From: Candidatus Cloacimonadales bacterium
GTDB lineage: Bacteria; Cloacimonadota; Cloacimonadia; Cloacimonadales; JAFGVF01
Length of the DNA stretch: 64,000 bases
Direction of reading: 5' to 3'
NCBI GenBank assembly: GCA_963678315.1
Contig: OY782781.1
Location: forward strand, 1,760,001 to 1,824,000
Positions 49,816 to 60,877 of this stretch are shown one piece after another. Under the pieces are notes generated by a model, which ran no database searches, had not been told where the DNA came from, and was given only the letters and a program-made list of their open reading frames with translations. Positions within the stretch are counted from its first letter, which is position 1, and each line of letters begins with the position of its first letter. The translations under genes and the position numbers were made by a program.

Positions 49816-50347
49816 TACTCCCTTCGAGGTTAATCATAATTTTTTTGAGTTTCTTCATTGCTCTATGCAGTTGGACCTTAACAGCACCTTCTTTTTTATT
49901 AAAAATCTCAGCTAATTCTTTATTGCTTTTCTTTTCAAAGTATTTAAGAATGATTATATTCTGATCTTTTTCTGATAATCTGCTTATTCCAACTTTTAGA
50001 TTTGAATAATCAATATGTATATCTTCCCCTAACGGGTCAGCTATATTATGCTTAACTTCTCGATCTAATTTTCTACTTCTACCAGATTTTCTATAAAAAT
50101 CTGTAACTTCATTCATAGCAATTCTATATATCCATCCAGAAAAAGCACCTTTGTATAAATATTTAAATTTATAGAGGTTTTTCATAGCCTTCATGAAGGT
50201 GTTAGATACTATGTCTCTACGTGTTTCTTCATCACTGACCTTGTGATAAACAAATCTATTTATCATAGGAAAGTACTTGTTATAAAGTTCTTCGAAGGCA
50301 TTTATATCCTTCTTTGCTTTGTTAACTAATTCTCTATCTTCCATCAT
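49799..50347 (-). CDS. ECF RNA polymerase sigma factor
   Basis: AFEELY, FSGWIYRIAMN, EIFNKKEGAVKVQLHRA. Confidence 0.92.
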   Translation of the reverse strand: MMEDRELVNKAKKDINAFEELYNKYFPMINRFVYHKVSDEETRRDIVSNTFMKAMKNLYKFKYLYKGAFSGWIYRIAMNEVTDFYRKSGRSRKLDREVKHNIADPLGEDIHIDYSNLKVGISRLSEKDQNIIILKYFEKKSNKELAEIFNKKEGAVKVQLHRAMKKLKKIMINLEGSNDGEI

Positions 50348-50362
50348 CCTCTCTCATATATT

Positions 50363-50390
50363 TGTAACGATAAAGGGGCTTGAAGTTACA
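50363..50390 (-). promoter_or_regulatory. Possible ECF autoregulatory promoter or inverted-repeat operator
   Basis: Minus strand TGTAAC-15 nt-CGTTAC; also the inverted repeat TGTAAC-N16-GTTACA. Confidence 0.45.
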
Positions 50391-50405
50391 TATAAATTGT
50401 AATTA

Positions 50406-51200
50406 TTATTGTATTATTGATTTTAGTGCTTTCTTATAAGTTTCAAATCCAGTTTCAGAATGTTTTAAATCTTTTAAATGTAGAATATGAAGGTTTATAT
50501 TAATCGAAGTTTTCATAGTGAACTTCCCCCAGAATGCATCAAATTTAGAAACAATTCTTGAATCATCAAAATTGCTTGTGCTAGTAAAAATATTCACTTC
50601 CTTGTTTAGCAAAGAGCTATTCCAATCATTAACTTTTGAGAATAAATAATCATCTGCCCACCAAACACTTGGGCTTGCTAATATGAAATCAGTAAACTTA
50701 GTGTCATTGTTGCATTCCATCAGGTAATATAAGCCCAAAAAACCACCTAATGAATGACCAAAAAAGACTCTTTTCTCTACTACAATATCTAAGTGACTTT
50801 CAACTTGTGGAATTAGCTCTTCATTGATAAAGTTAACATATTTATGAGCATATCCATGAAAAGATGTTGGCTTTTGAGGAGGCGCAGTAAAATCCTTTTC
50901 TCTATAATTAATACCTTTATAAGCTATGCTAATCAAGATTAGTGGCTGGTCTGGGTACTTAGCTTTCAAATAAGACCTAAATTGACTTAGAAAAGAGTCT
51001 CCATCGAGAATATACAAGACTATTGCAGGAGAGTCTTTTGCAATAGTCCCATTCTCAAATTTATCAATAACATAACTGTTCCCAGTATATTCCGAATCAA
51101 TATTATACCAAGCATTACAAGTATTTTTATGAATTCTAAAATACCATAGAAGTAGCAAGATAGATAATATAACGAATATTAATGTTAACAGTCTTTTCAT
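50406..51200 (-). CDS. Alpha/beta hydrolase, putative esterase (IroE/BesA-like)
   Basis: LYILDGD, FFGHSLGG, ASPSVWW. Confidence 0.85.
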   Translation of the reverse strand: MKRLLTLIFVILSILLLLWYFRIHKNTCNAWYNIDSEYTGNSYVIDKFENGTIAKDSPAIVLYILDGDSFLSQFRSYLKAKYPDQPLILISIAYKGINYREKDFTAPPQKPTSFHGYAHKYVNFINEELIPQVESHLDIVVEKRVFFGHSLGGFLGLYYLMECNNDTKFTDFILASPSVWWADDYLFSKVNDWNSSLLNKEVNIFTSTSNFDDSRIVSKFDAFWGKFTMKTSININLHILHLKDLKHSETGFETYKKALKSIIQ

Positions 51201-51218
51201 AGATTTTACTTATTCTTC

Positions 51219-52292
51219 TTAAATTACTTCACTAATCTTTTCAGTTTTTTTGAAGTGCTCATTTTCTAAATCTTCCATTTCACTTAAAGCTTTATTAAGC
51301 AGTTCAACTCTTTCAGAATAAGGAATAAAAGCTGATTTAAAACCATTGATAATAATGTTTTTAACATCTTTATATGTTAAATTCAACTTCTCAATAACAA
51401 ACATAAATTCATCAGTCATTGTTGTGTTAGAAACAGTTCTATTATCAGTATTTAAAGTTACTCTTAAACCGTAATCCAAGTAGAATCCTAGTGGATGAAC
51501 TTCTAATGATGACACTGCTTTTGTATGGAAGTTACTTTTAAAACATATTTCTAAAGGAATTCTGTGATCATTAACATAGTTTAACAAATCACCATCTTCG
51601 ATTAACCTAGTGCCATGCCCAATTCTATGTGTTCCGCAATAGTGAAGAGCCTGATGTATTGATTCAGGACCGTAGGCTTCACCAGCATGAATAGTGATGT
51701 TTAAATTGTTTTTAAGCGCTAATCTAAAAGCCTCTTCATGATCTTTAGCTGGATAATTATACTCAGCTCCAGCTAAATCAAAGCCAATAACACCCTTGTT
51801 TTTATAAGCAACAGCCAGTTCAGCTAATCTTAGAGAAGTCGCTGGGTTAATATTTCTTATACCACAAATTATCACAGCTGTCTTTATATTATAGTCATGT
51901 TCTGCTCTTCTTAATCCCTTTATTACCGCATCAGAAATTTCTGTTAGCTTCAAGCCATTGTTAGTGTGCAGAATAGGTGAGTAGCGAACTTCTATATATC
52001 TTACATTTTCTTTAGCTGAATCTTCAGCAAGTTCGTAAGCAGCTCTTTCAAGTCCTTCTTGATCTTGAAGAACTAGATTAGCAATGTGGAAACCTTGTAA
52101 ATACTCATCTAAACTCTTACAATCATCTCCACAAGAAACCATTTCCATTAACTTATCTTTATCCATGGTAGGAAGCTTTATATTATTTTTCTTGGCTAAT
52201 TCTAGCATTGTATCGATTCTAACTGAACCATCTAGGTGCACATGTAAATCACTTTTAGGTAATTTTTCAACAAATTCTCTTGTTAATTTCAT
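51219..52292 (-). CDS. add: Adenosine deaminase
   Basis: Start reassigned to ATG 52292 (GGAGG RBS); LHVHLDGS, GFDLAGAE, TIHAGEAYG, RIGHG, NTDN. Confidence 0.93.
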   Translation of the reverse strand: MKLTREFVEKLPKSDLHVHLDGSVRIDTMLELAKKNNIKLPTMDKDKLMEMVSCGDDCKSLDEYLQGFHIANLVLQDQEGLERAAYELAEDSAKENVRYIEVRYSPILHTNNGLKLTEISDAVIKGLRRAEHDYNIKTAVIICGIRNINPATSLRLAELAVAYKNKGVIGFDLAGAEYNYPAKDHEEAFRLALKNNLNITIHAGEAYGPESIHQALHYCGTHRIGHGTRLIEDGDLLNYVNDHRIPLEICFKSNFHTKAVSSLEVHPLGFYLDYGLRVTLNTDNRTVSNTTMTDEFMFVIEKLNLTYKDVKNIIINGFKSAFIPYSERVELLNKALSEMEDLENEHFKKTEKISEVI

Positions 52293-52703
52293 TTTTCCTC
52301 CATTAATTTTATATAATATGAGTGACAAGTGCTTTATTGTCAAAGTTTATCTAGATTTTTTTTTATTTTCTTGTTCTTGTGTGTATCCATTGATAGCTCC
52401 AAAATATTGATTTTAATGAGCCAAAACACGTTATCAGACTCACATAATAAATACAATTATTTAGAAATGAAATATTATAATAAGTATAAACATCTGGATA
52501 AAACTTTTCTTGACACATCTATTTAAGCACTCTTTCATTGGCTTATCAATAAATGATTGTATTCTAAATAAAGAGGTTGTTATGATAAGGTCTATATTTT
52601 TACTTCAACTACAATTTCTACAACTATGCCAAATTTTAACTATAACTATTTCATTACATATCAATAATAATCTAAAAGTTACAATACCTACTAAGGAGCC
52701 CCC

Positions 52704-54320
52704 ATGTATAAATTTTTAATTACTATGCTATTTTTTATAAGCTTATTATGCTGTTTTGCTGAAAATGAAATGCCTATAATGTATACCTTTCAAGGCCCTT
52801 GGGAAGGATCAAAATATGGTAAATTAATGACCTCGTTAGATTTCAATGCTGATGGTATTGATGACTTACTTATCTTTTCTAATGGAAATCCAGAAAACTA
52901 TCATAATGAAGTATATATCCACTATGGAGGAGAAACTTTTTCACCAGTTGCAGATGATACACTAAAAGCTATTTGCACTGGACAATTTTATTTAGGGCTT
53001 TTTGCTACAGGAGATGTTAATGGTGATGGTTATGATGATTTTGCAACTTTTGGAAGAACACCAAATATCGACAATGCCTACACTTATAACTTTTACTACG
53101 GTGGCCCAAATCCTGATTTACTTGTAGATCACCAATGTAGCTACTATGTCGGACAATCAGCAGGATATGACTGGTCTTATCCTAAAATGATCTCATGCCT
53201 TGGAGATGTTAATGGTGATGGCTGTGACGAACAAGGTATCATCTTGGAAAGAGGGTATAACGAATCATCATTTGCTTTACTAACAGGTGGAAGCTTTGAA
53301 ATGTTAGAAGTATATCCTAGTGAATATAATTTAGGCTCTCTAGATATCGACCCACTAGGAGATTTAAACAATGATGGCTATGATGATTTTTCTATAGGTT
53401 ACTGGATATATCCAGAATATAGTTATACCTATGTCTATTGGGGCAATCCTGATTTTGATTTTAATCAACATGATAGTATTGCTATCTACAATCATTCTTC
53501 AATTTCTTATCATTTTTCAGGAAGTCTTGGAGTTGGAGACTTCAACAATGATGGCTATGATGATTTTATCTATCCTCGTCAAGACAATTTAAGTAACCAT
53601 GGTTATGGCCTTAAGTTAATGACTAATGATTTACATCAAGCCCAAGGTTTTCCACTACAAAGACCTTCTTACCACCCTTACTATATAAATAATGAAAGCT
53701 ACAATGGACGCTACATCAAACATGGAGATTTTAATGGAGATGGTTATAGTGATATAGTTGGAGCAAATCCTTCTGCATATTTAAATGATGGTATCGCTGG
53801 AGTTTGGTTAGGAGGTCAAGTCCCTAATGGCACTTGTGATTTAACTTTAAATGAGGTTAGTCAGCAAGCTGACCAATTTGGATATTCTTTAGCAGTAGGC
53901 GATTTTGATAATGATGGTTATGATGATATTGCTATCTCAGAGCCCTTCATGGTTTCAGGATGGGATCAGTTTGGCTTTGTAACTATATTTAGTGGATCCG
54001 ACCAACTAACTGATACAACAGTGGCTAATGACGATACAGAAGAAGTCATAAAAGATTCATTAAAACTAAATTTATATCCAAACCCTGTAAAATCTAATAA
54101 CTTACAACTTAATTACGAAATTAAAGGAGACATCCCTAAGAATTGTTTAACCTCAAAAATGGATATATACAATTTAAAGGGACAGAAAGTACAAAGTAAT
54201 AATATCAATATCGTTAGCAAATCTGGAACTGTAGAACTAAACTCTATAGCTTCAGGAATGTACTTAGCTAAAATTAAAATCAATAATGAGATTATCTCAG
54301 CTAAATTCATTGTTAAATAA
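52704..54320 (+). CDS. Secreted FG-GAP repeat protein with T9SS-like C-terminal domain, copy 1 (N-block allele A)
   Basis: Signal peptide; repeated GD(V/F/L)NxDGYDD; YPNP...IYNLKGQKV...ASGMY tail. Confidence 0.9.
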   Translation: MYKFLITMLFFISLLCCFAENEMPIMYTFQGPWEGSKYGKLMTSLDFNADGIDDLLIFSNGNPENYHNEVYIHYGGETFSPVADDTLKAICTGQFYLGLFATGDVNGDGYDDFATFGRTPNIDNAYTYNFYYGGPNPDLLVDHQCSYYVGQSAGYDWSYPKMISCLGDVNGDGCDEQGIILERGYNESSFALLTGGSFEMLEVYPSEYNLGSLDIDPLGDLNNDGYDDFSIGYWIYPEYSYTYVYWGNPDFDFNQHDSIAIYNHSSISYHFSGSLGVGDFNNDGYDDFIYPRQDNLSNHGYGLKLMTNDLHQAQGFPLQRPSYHPYYINNESYNGRYIKHGDFNGDGYSDIVGANPSAYLNDGIAGVWLGGQVPNGTCDLTLNEVSQQADQFGYSLAVGDFDNDGYDDIAISEPFMVSGWDQFGFVTIFSGSDQLTDTTVANDDTEEVIKDSLKLNLYPNPVKSNNLQLNYEIKGDIPKNCLTSKMDIYNLKGQKVQSNNINIVSKSGTVELNSIASGMYLAKIKINNEIISAKFIVK

Positions 54321-54338
54321 CTTATAGAAGGAGCCTCC

Positions 54339-55955
54339 ATGTATAAATTTTTAATTACTATGCTATTTTTTATAAGCTTATTAAGCTGTTTTGCTGAAAA
54401 TGAAATGCCTATAATGTATACCTTTCAAGGCCCTTGGGAAGGATCAAAATATGGTAAATTAATGACCTCGTTAGATTTCAATGCTGATGGTATTGATGAC
54501 TTACTTATCTTTTCTAATGGAAATCCAGAAAACTATCATAATGAAGTATATATCCACTATGGAGGAGAAACTTTTTCACCAGTTGCAGATGATACACTAA
54601 AAGCTATTTGCACTGGACAATTTTATTTAGGGCTTTTTGCTACAGGAGATGTTAATGGTGATGGTTATGATGATTTTGCAACTTTTGGAAGAACACCAAA
54701 TATCGATAATGCCTACACTTATAGCTTTTACTACGGTGGCCCAAATCCTGATTTACTTGTAGACCACCAATGTAGCTACTATGTCGGACAATCAGCAGGA
54801 TATGACTGGTCTTATCCTAAAATGATCTCATGCCTTGGAGATGTTAATGGTGATGGCTGTGACGAACAAGGACTTATCCTTCAAAGAATAGGACTAGAAG
54901 CATCAATAGGACTTTTAGTAGGAGGAAGCTTTGAAATTTTAGAAGTTATCCCAGCTGGATTAATTTTTTCTTGTATAGATATCGATCCACTAGGAGATTT
55001 AAACAATGATGGCTATGATGATTTTTCTATAGGTTACTGGATTTATCCAGAATATAGTTATACCTATGTCTATTGGGGCAATCCTGATTTTGATTTTAAT
55101 CAACATGATAGTATTGCTATCTACAATCATTCTTCAATTTCTTATCATTTTTCAGGAAGTCTTGGAATTGGAGACTTCAACAATGATGGTTATGATGATT
55201 TTATCTATCCTCGTCAAGACAATTTTTCTAATAATGGTTATGGCCTTAAGTTAATGACTAATGATTTACATCAAGCCCAAGGTTTTCCACTACAAAGACC
55301 TTCTTACCATCCTTGTTATATCTACGATGATGGCTACAATGGGCATTACATCAAACATGGAGATTTTAATGGAGATGGTTATAGTGATATTGTTGGAGCA
55401 AATCCTTCTGCATATTTAAATGATGGTATCGCTGGAGTTTGGTTAGGAGGTCAAGTCCCTAATGGCACTTGTGATTTAACTTTAAATGAGGTTAGTCAGC
55501 AAGCTGACCAATTTGGATATTCTTTAGCAGTAGGTGATTTTGATAATGATGGTTATGATGATATTGCTATCTCAGAACCCTTCATGGTTTCAGGATGGGA
55601 TCAGTTTGGCTTTGTAACTATATTTAGTGGATCCGACCAACTAACTGATACAACAGTGGCTAATGACGATACAGAAGAAGTCATAAAAGATTCATTAAAA
55701 TTAAATTTATATCCAAACCCTGTAAAATCTAATAACTTACAACTTAATTTCGAAATTAAAGGAGACATCCCTAAGAATTGTATAACCTCAAAAATGGATA
55801 TATACAATTTAAAGGGACAGAAAGTACAAAGTAATAATATCAATATCGTTAGCAAATCTGGAACTGTAGAACTAGACTCTATAGCTTCAGGAATGTACTT
55901 AGCTAAAATTAAAATCAATAATGAGATTATCTCAGCTAAATTCATTGTTAAATAA
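54339..55955 (+). CDS. FG-GAP repeat protein copy 2 (N-block allele A)
   Basis: Near-identical scaffold to copy 1. Confidence 0.9.
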   Translation: MYKFLITMLFFISLLSCFAENEMPIMYTFQGPWEGSKYGKLMTSLDFNADGIDDLLIFSNGNPENYHNEVYIHYGGETFSPVADDTLKAICTGQFYLGLFATGDVNGDGYDDFATFGRTPNIDNAYTYSFYYGGPNPDLLVDHQCSYYVGQSAGYDWSYPKMISCLGDVNGDGCDEQGLILQRIGLEASIGLLVGGSFEILEVIPAGLIFSCIDIDPLGDLNNDGYDDFSIGYWIYPEYSYTYVYWGNPDFDFNQHDSIAIYNHSSISYHFSGSLGIGDFNNDGYDDFIYPRQDNFSNNGYGLKLMTNDLHQAQGFPLQRPSYHPCYIYDDGYNGHYIKHGDFNGDGYSDIVGANPSAYLNDGIAGVWLGGQVPNGTCDLTLNEVSQQADQFGYSLAVGDFDNDGYDDIAISEPFMVSGWDQFGFVTIFSGSDQLTDTTVANDDTEEVIKDSLKLNLYPNPVKSNNLQLNFEIKGDIPKNCITSKMDIYNLKGQKVQSNNINIVSKSGTVELDSIASGMYLAKIKINNEIISAKFIVK

Positions 55956-55974
55956 CTTTTAAGAAGGAGCCCCC

Positions 55975-57591
55975 ATGTATAAATTTTTAATTACTATGCT
56001 ACTTTTTATAAGTTTATTAAGCTGTTTTGCTGAAAATGAAATGCCTATAATGTATACCTTTCAAGGCCCTTGGGAAGGATCTTACTATGGTGAGTTTGTT
56101 ATATCATTAGACTTCAATGCAGATAACATCGACGATTTGTTAATATATAATGCTGGAGAAGAAAATCTGTACAATGGGGTTATTGATATCCATTTTGGAG
56201 GAAACGAATTTGGAATAGTCCCAGATTTACAGTTAGAGGGTACTTTTTTAGGGGAGCATGGAAAAGGATTATATGCTGTGAATGATGTTAACGGTGATGG
56301 TTATGAAGATTTCGCGACACTGAGTCCATCTGCAAATATCGACAATGCCTACACCTACAACTTTTACTACGGTGGCCCAAATCCTGATTTACTTGTAGAC
56401 CAGCAATGTAGCTACTATGTAGGACAATCAGCAGGATATGACTGGTCTTATCCTAAAATGATCTCATGCCTTGGAGATGTTAATGGTGATGGCTGTGACG
56501 AACAAGGACTTATCCTTCAAAGAATAGGACCAGAAGCATCAATAGGACTTTTAGTAGGAGGAAGCTTTGAAATTTTAGAAGTTATCCCAGCTGGATTAAT
56601 TTTTTCTTGTATAGATATCGATCCACTAGGAGATTTAAACAATGATGGCTATGATGATTTTTCTATAGGTTACTGGATTTATCCAGAATATAGTTATACC
56701 TATGTCTATTGGGGCAATCCTGATTTTGATTTTAATCAACATGATAGTATTGCTATCTACAATCATTCTTCAATTTCTTATCATTTTTCAGGAAGTCTTG
56801 GAATTGGAGACTTCAACAATGATGGCTATGATGATTTTATCTATCCTCGTCAAGACAATTTTTCTAATAATGGTTATGGCCTTAAGTTAATGACTAATGA
56901 TTTACATCAAGCCCAAGGTTTTCCACTACAAAGACCTTCTTACCATCCTTGTTATATCTACGATGATGGCTACAATGGGCATTACATCAAACATGGAGAT
57001 TTTAATGGAGATGGTTATAGTGATATTGTTGGAGCAAATCCTTCTGCATATTTAAATGATGGTATCGCTGGAGTTTGGTTAGGAGGTCAGGTCCCTAATG
57101 GCACTTGTGATTTAACTTTAAATGAGGTTAGTCAGCAAGCTGACCAATTTGGATATTCTTTAGCAGTAGGCGATTTTGATAATGATGGTTATGATGATAT
57201 TGCAATCTCAGAACCCTTTATGGTTTCAGGATGGGATCAGTTTGGCTTTGTAACTATATTTAGTGGATCCGACCAACTAACTGATACAACAGTGGCTAAT
57301 GACGATACAGAAGAAGTCATAAAAGATTCATTAAAATTAAATTTATATCCAAACCCTGTAAAATCTAATAACTTACAACTTAATTTCGAAATTAAAGGAG
57401 ACATCCCTAAGAATTGTTTAACCTCAAAAATGGATATATACAATTTAAAGGGACAGAAAGTACAAAGTAATGATATCAATATCGTTAGCAAATCTGGGAC
57501 TGTAGAACTAAACTCTATAGCTTCAGGAATGTACTTAGCTAAAATTAAAATCAATGATGAGATTATCTCAGCTAAGTTCATTGTTAAATAA
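55975..57591 (+). CDS. FG-GAP repeat protein copy 3 (N-block allele B)
   Basis: Near-identical scaffold, distinct residues about 37-120. Confidence 0.9.
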   Translation: MYKFLITMLLFISLLSCFAENEMPIMYTFQGPWEGSYYGEFVISLDFNADNIDDLLIYNAGEENLYNGVIDIHFGGNEFGIVPDLQLEGTFLGEHGKGLYAVNDVNGDGYEDFATLSPSANIDNAYTYNFYYGGPNPDLLVDQQCSYYVGQSAGYDWSYPKMISCLGDVNGDGCDEQGLILQRIGPEASIGLLVGGSFEILEVIPAGLIFSCIDIDPLGDLNNDGYDDFSIGYWIYPEYSYTYVYWGNPDFDFNQHDSIAIYNHSSISYHFSGSLGIGDFNNDGYDDFIYPRQDNFSNNGYGLKLMTNDLHQAQGFPLQRPSYHPCYIYDDGYNGHYIKHGDFNGDGYSDIVGANPSAYLNDGIAGVWLGGQVPNGTCDLTLNEVSQQADQFGYSLAVGDFDNDGYDDIAISEPFMVSGWDQFGFVTIFSGSDQLTDTTVANDDTEEVIKDSLKLNLYPNPVKSNNLQLNFEIKGDIPKNCLTSKMDIYNLKGQKVQSNDINIVSKSGTVELNSIASGMYLAKIKINDEIISAKFIVK

Positions 57592-57609
57592 CTTATAGAA
57601 GGAGCCCCC

Positions 57610-59223
57610 ATGTATAAATTTTTAATTACTATGCTATTTTTTATAAGCTTATTAAGCTGTTTTGCTGAAAATGAAATGCCTATAATGTATACCTTTCAAG
57701 GCCCTTGGGAAGGATCAGCCTATGGTAGAGATGTAATATCACTTGACTTTAACGCTGATGGAATTGATGACTTTATGACAACAGCTCAAGCAGAAGTAGA
57801 TAATCTGTATAACGTATATATCCACTATGGCGGAGAAAACTTCTGTCCTGTTCCAAATGATACTCTTCAAGTAGGTTATGATAATATTTATAGAATAGGT
57901 TTGTTTGCTACAGGAGATGTTAATGGTGATGGTTATGATGACTTTGCAACTTTTGGTAGATACCCTAATCAAGAAATAGAATACACCTACAACTTTTACT
58001 ACGGTGGCCCCAATCCTGATTTACTTGTAGATCACCAATGTAGCTACTATGTCGGACAATCAGACGGATATGACTGGTCTTATCCTAAAATGATCTCATG
58101 CCTTGGAGATGTTAATGGTGATGGCTGTGACGAACAAGCTATCATCTTGGAAAGAGGGTATAACATAGCATCCATTGCTTTACTTAGAGGAGGAAGCTTT
58201 GAAATTTTAGAAGTTATCCCAGCTGGATTAATTTTTTCTTGTATAGATATCGATCCACTAGGAGATTTAAACAATGATGGCTATGATGATTTTTCTATAG
58301 GTTACTGGATTTATCCAGAATATAGTTATACCTATGTCTATTGGGGCAATCCTGATTTTGATTTTAATCAACATGATAGTATTGCTATCTACAATCATTC
58401 TTCAATTTCTTATCATTTTTCAGGAAGTCTTGGAATTGGAGACTTCAACAATGATGGTTATGATGATTTTATCTATCCTCGTCAAGACAATTTTTCTAAT
58501 AATGGTTATGGCCTTAAGTTAATGACTAATGATTTACATCAAGCCCAAGGTTTTCCACTACAAAGACCTTCTTACCATCCTTGTTATATCTACGATGATG
58601 GCTACAATGGGCATTACATCAAACATGGAGATTTTAATGGAGATGGTTATAGTGATATTGTTGGAGCAAATCCTTCTGCATATTTAAATGATGGTATCGC
58701 TGGAGTTTGGTTAGGAGGTCAAGTCCCTAATGGCACTTGTGATTTAACTTTAAATGCGATTAGTCAAGCCCCAGACCAATTTGGATATTCTTTAGCAGTA
58801 GGTGATTTTGATAATGATGGTTATGATGATATTGCTATCTCAGAGCCCTTCATGGTTTCAGGATGGGATCAGTTTGGCTTTGTAACTATATTTAGTGGAT
58901 CCGACCAACTAACTGATACAACAGTGGCTAATGACGATACAGAAGAAGTCATAAAAGATTCATTAAAATTAAATTTATATCCAAACCCTGTAAAATCTAA
59001 TAACTTACAACTTCATTACGAAATTAAAGGAGACATCCCTAAGAATTGTTTAACCTCAAAAATGGATATATACAATTTAAAGGGACAGAAAGTACAAAGT
59101 AATAATATCAATATCGTTAGCAAATCTGGAACTGTAGAACTAGACTCTATAGCTTCAGGAATGTACTTAGCTAAAATTAAAATCAATAATGAGATTATCT
59201 CAGCTAAATTCATTGTTAAATAA
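57610..59223 (+). CDS. FG-GAP repeat protein copy 4 (N-block allele C)
   Basis: Near-identical scaffold, third N-block allele. Confidence 0.9.
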   Translation: MYKFLITMLFFISLLSCFAENEMPIMYTFQGPWEGSAYGRDVISLDFNADGIDDFMTTAQAEVDNLYNVYIHYGGENFCPVPNDTLQVGYDNIYRIGLFATGDVNGDGYDDFATFGRYPNQEIEYTYNFYYGGPNPDLLVDHQCSYYVGQSDGYDWSYPKMISCLGDVNGDGCDEQAIILERGYNIASIALLRGGSFEILEVIPAGLIFSCIDIDPLGDLNNDGYDDFSIGYWIYPEYSYTYVYWGNPDFDFNQHDSIAIYNHSSISYHFSGSLGIGDFNNDGYDDFIYPRQDNFSNNGYGLKLMTNDLHQAQGFPLQRPSYHPCYIYDDGYNGHYIKHGDFNGDGYSDIVGANPSAYLNDGIAGVWLGGQVPNGTCDLTLNAISQAPDQFGYSLAVGDFDNDGYDDIAISEPFMVSGWDQFGFVTIFSGSDQLTDTTVANDDTEEVIKDSLKLNLYPNPVKSNNLQLHYEIKGDIPKNCLTSKMDIYNLKGQKVQSNNINIVSKSGTVELDSIASGMYLAKIKINNEIISAKFIVK

Positions 59224-59242
59224 CTTTTAAGAAGGAGCCCCC

Positions 59243-60859
59243 ATGTATAAATTTTTAATTACTATGCTACTTTTTATAAGTTTATTAAGCTGTTTTGCTG
59301 AAAATGAAATGCCTATAATGTATACCTTTCAAGGCCCTTGGGAAGGATCTTACTATGGTGAGTTTGTTATATCATTAGACTTCAATGCAGATAACATCGA
59401 CGATTTGTTAATATATAATGCTGGAGAAGAAAATCTGTACAATGGGGTTATTGATATCCATTTTGGAGGAAACGAATTTGGAATAGTCCCAGATTTACAG
59501 TTAGAGGGTACTTTTTTAGGGGAGCATGGAAAAGGATTATATGCTGTGAATGATGTTAACGGTGATGGTTATGAAGATTTCGCGACACTGAGTCCATCTG
59601 CAAATATCGACAATGCCTACACCTACAACTTTTACTACGGTGGCCCAAATCCTGATTTACTTGTAGACCAGCAATGTAGCTACTATGTAGGACAATCAGC
59701 AGGATATGACTGGTCTTATCCTAAAATGATCTCATGCCTTGGAGATGTTAATGGTGATGGCTGTGACGAACAAGGACTTATCCTTCAAAGAATAGGACCA
59801 GAAGCATCAATAGGACTTTTAGTAGGAGGAAGCTTTGAAATTTTAGAAGTTATCCCAGCTGGATTAATTTTTTCTTGTATAGATATCGATCCACTAGGAG
59901 ATTTAAACAATGATGGCTATGATGATTTTTCTATAGGTTACTGGATTTATCCAGAATATAGTTATACCTATGTCTATTGGGGCAATCCTGATTTTGATTT
60001 TAATCAACATGATAGTATTGCTATCTACAATCATTCTTCAATTTCTTATCATTTTTCAGGAAGTCTTGGAATTGGAGACTTCAACAATGATGGCTATGAT
60101 GATTTTATCTATCCTCGTCAAGACAATTTTTCTAATAATGGTTATGGCCTTAAGTTAATGACTAATGATTTACATCAAGCCCAAGGTTTTCCACTACAAA
60201 GACCTTCTTACCATCCTTGTTATATCTACGATGATGGCTACAATGGGCATTACATCAAACATGGAGATTTTAATGGAGATGGTTATAGTGATATTGTTGG
60301 AGCAAATCCTTCTGCATATTTAAATGATGGTATCGCTGGAGTTTGGTTAGGAGGTCAGGTCCCTAATGGCACTTGTGATTTAACTTTAAATGAGGTTAGT
60401 CAGCAAGCTGACCAATTTGGATATTCTTTAGCAGTAGGCGATTTTGATAATGATGGTTATGATGATATTGCAATCTCAGAACCCTTTATGGTTTCAGGAT
60501 GGGATCAGTTTGGCTTTGTAACTATATTTAGTGGATCCGACCAACTAACTGATACAAAAGTGGCTAATGACGATACAGAAGAAGTCATAAAAGATTCATT
60601 AAAATTAAATTTATATCCAAACCCTGTAAAATCTAATAACTTACAACTTAATTTCGAAATTAAAGGAGACATCCCTAAGAATTGTTTAACCTCAAAAATG
60701 GATATATACAATTTAAAGGGACAGAAAGTACAAAGTAATGATATCAATATCGTTAGCAAATCTGGGACTGTAGAACTAAACTCTATAGCTTCAGGAATGT
60801 ACTTAGCTAAAATTAAAATCAATGATGAGATTATCTCAGCTAAGTTCATTGTTAAATAA
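59243..60859 (+). CDS. FG-GAP repeat protein copy 5 (N-block allele B)
   Basis: Protein matches copy 3 except TDTT to TDTK. Confidence 0.9.
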   Translation: MYKFLITMLLFISLLSCFAENEMPIMYTFQGPWEGSYYGEFVISLDFNADNIDDLLIYNAGEENLYNGVIDIHFGGNEFGIVPDLQLEGTFLGEHGKGLYAVNDVNGDGYEDFATLSPSANIDNAYTYNFYYGGPNPDLLVDQQCSYYVGQSAGYDWSYPKMISCLGDVNGDGCDEQGLILQRIGPEASIGLLVGGSFEILEVIPAGLIFSCIDIDPLGDLNNDGYDDFSIGYWIYPEYSYTYVYWGNPDFDFNQHDSIAIYNHSSISYHFSGSLGIGDFNNDGYDDFIYPRQDNFSNNGYGLKLMTNDLHQAQGFPLQRPSYHPCYIYDDGYNGHYIKHGDFNGDGYSDIVGANPSAYLNDGIAGVWLGGQVPNGTCDLTLNEVSQQADQFGYSLAVGDFDNDGYDDIAISEPFMVSGWDQFGFVTIFSGSDQLTDTKVANDDTEEVIKDSLKLNLYPNPVKSNNLQLNFEIKGDIPKNCLTSKMDIYNLKGQKVQSNDINIVSKSGTVELNSIASGMYLAKIKINDEIISAKFIVK

Positions 60860-60877
60860 CTTATAGAAGGAGCCCCC

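Noticed and set aside
52510..52719. Possible leader peptide upstream of the array (ATG near 52582 after AGAGG)
   Set aside because: Short, no recognisable features, overlaps the first array gene out of frame; insufficient support
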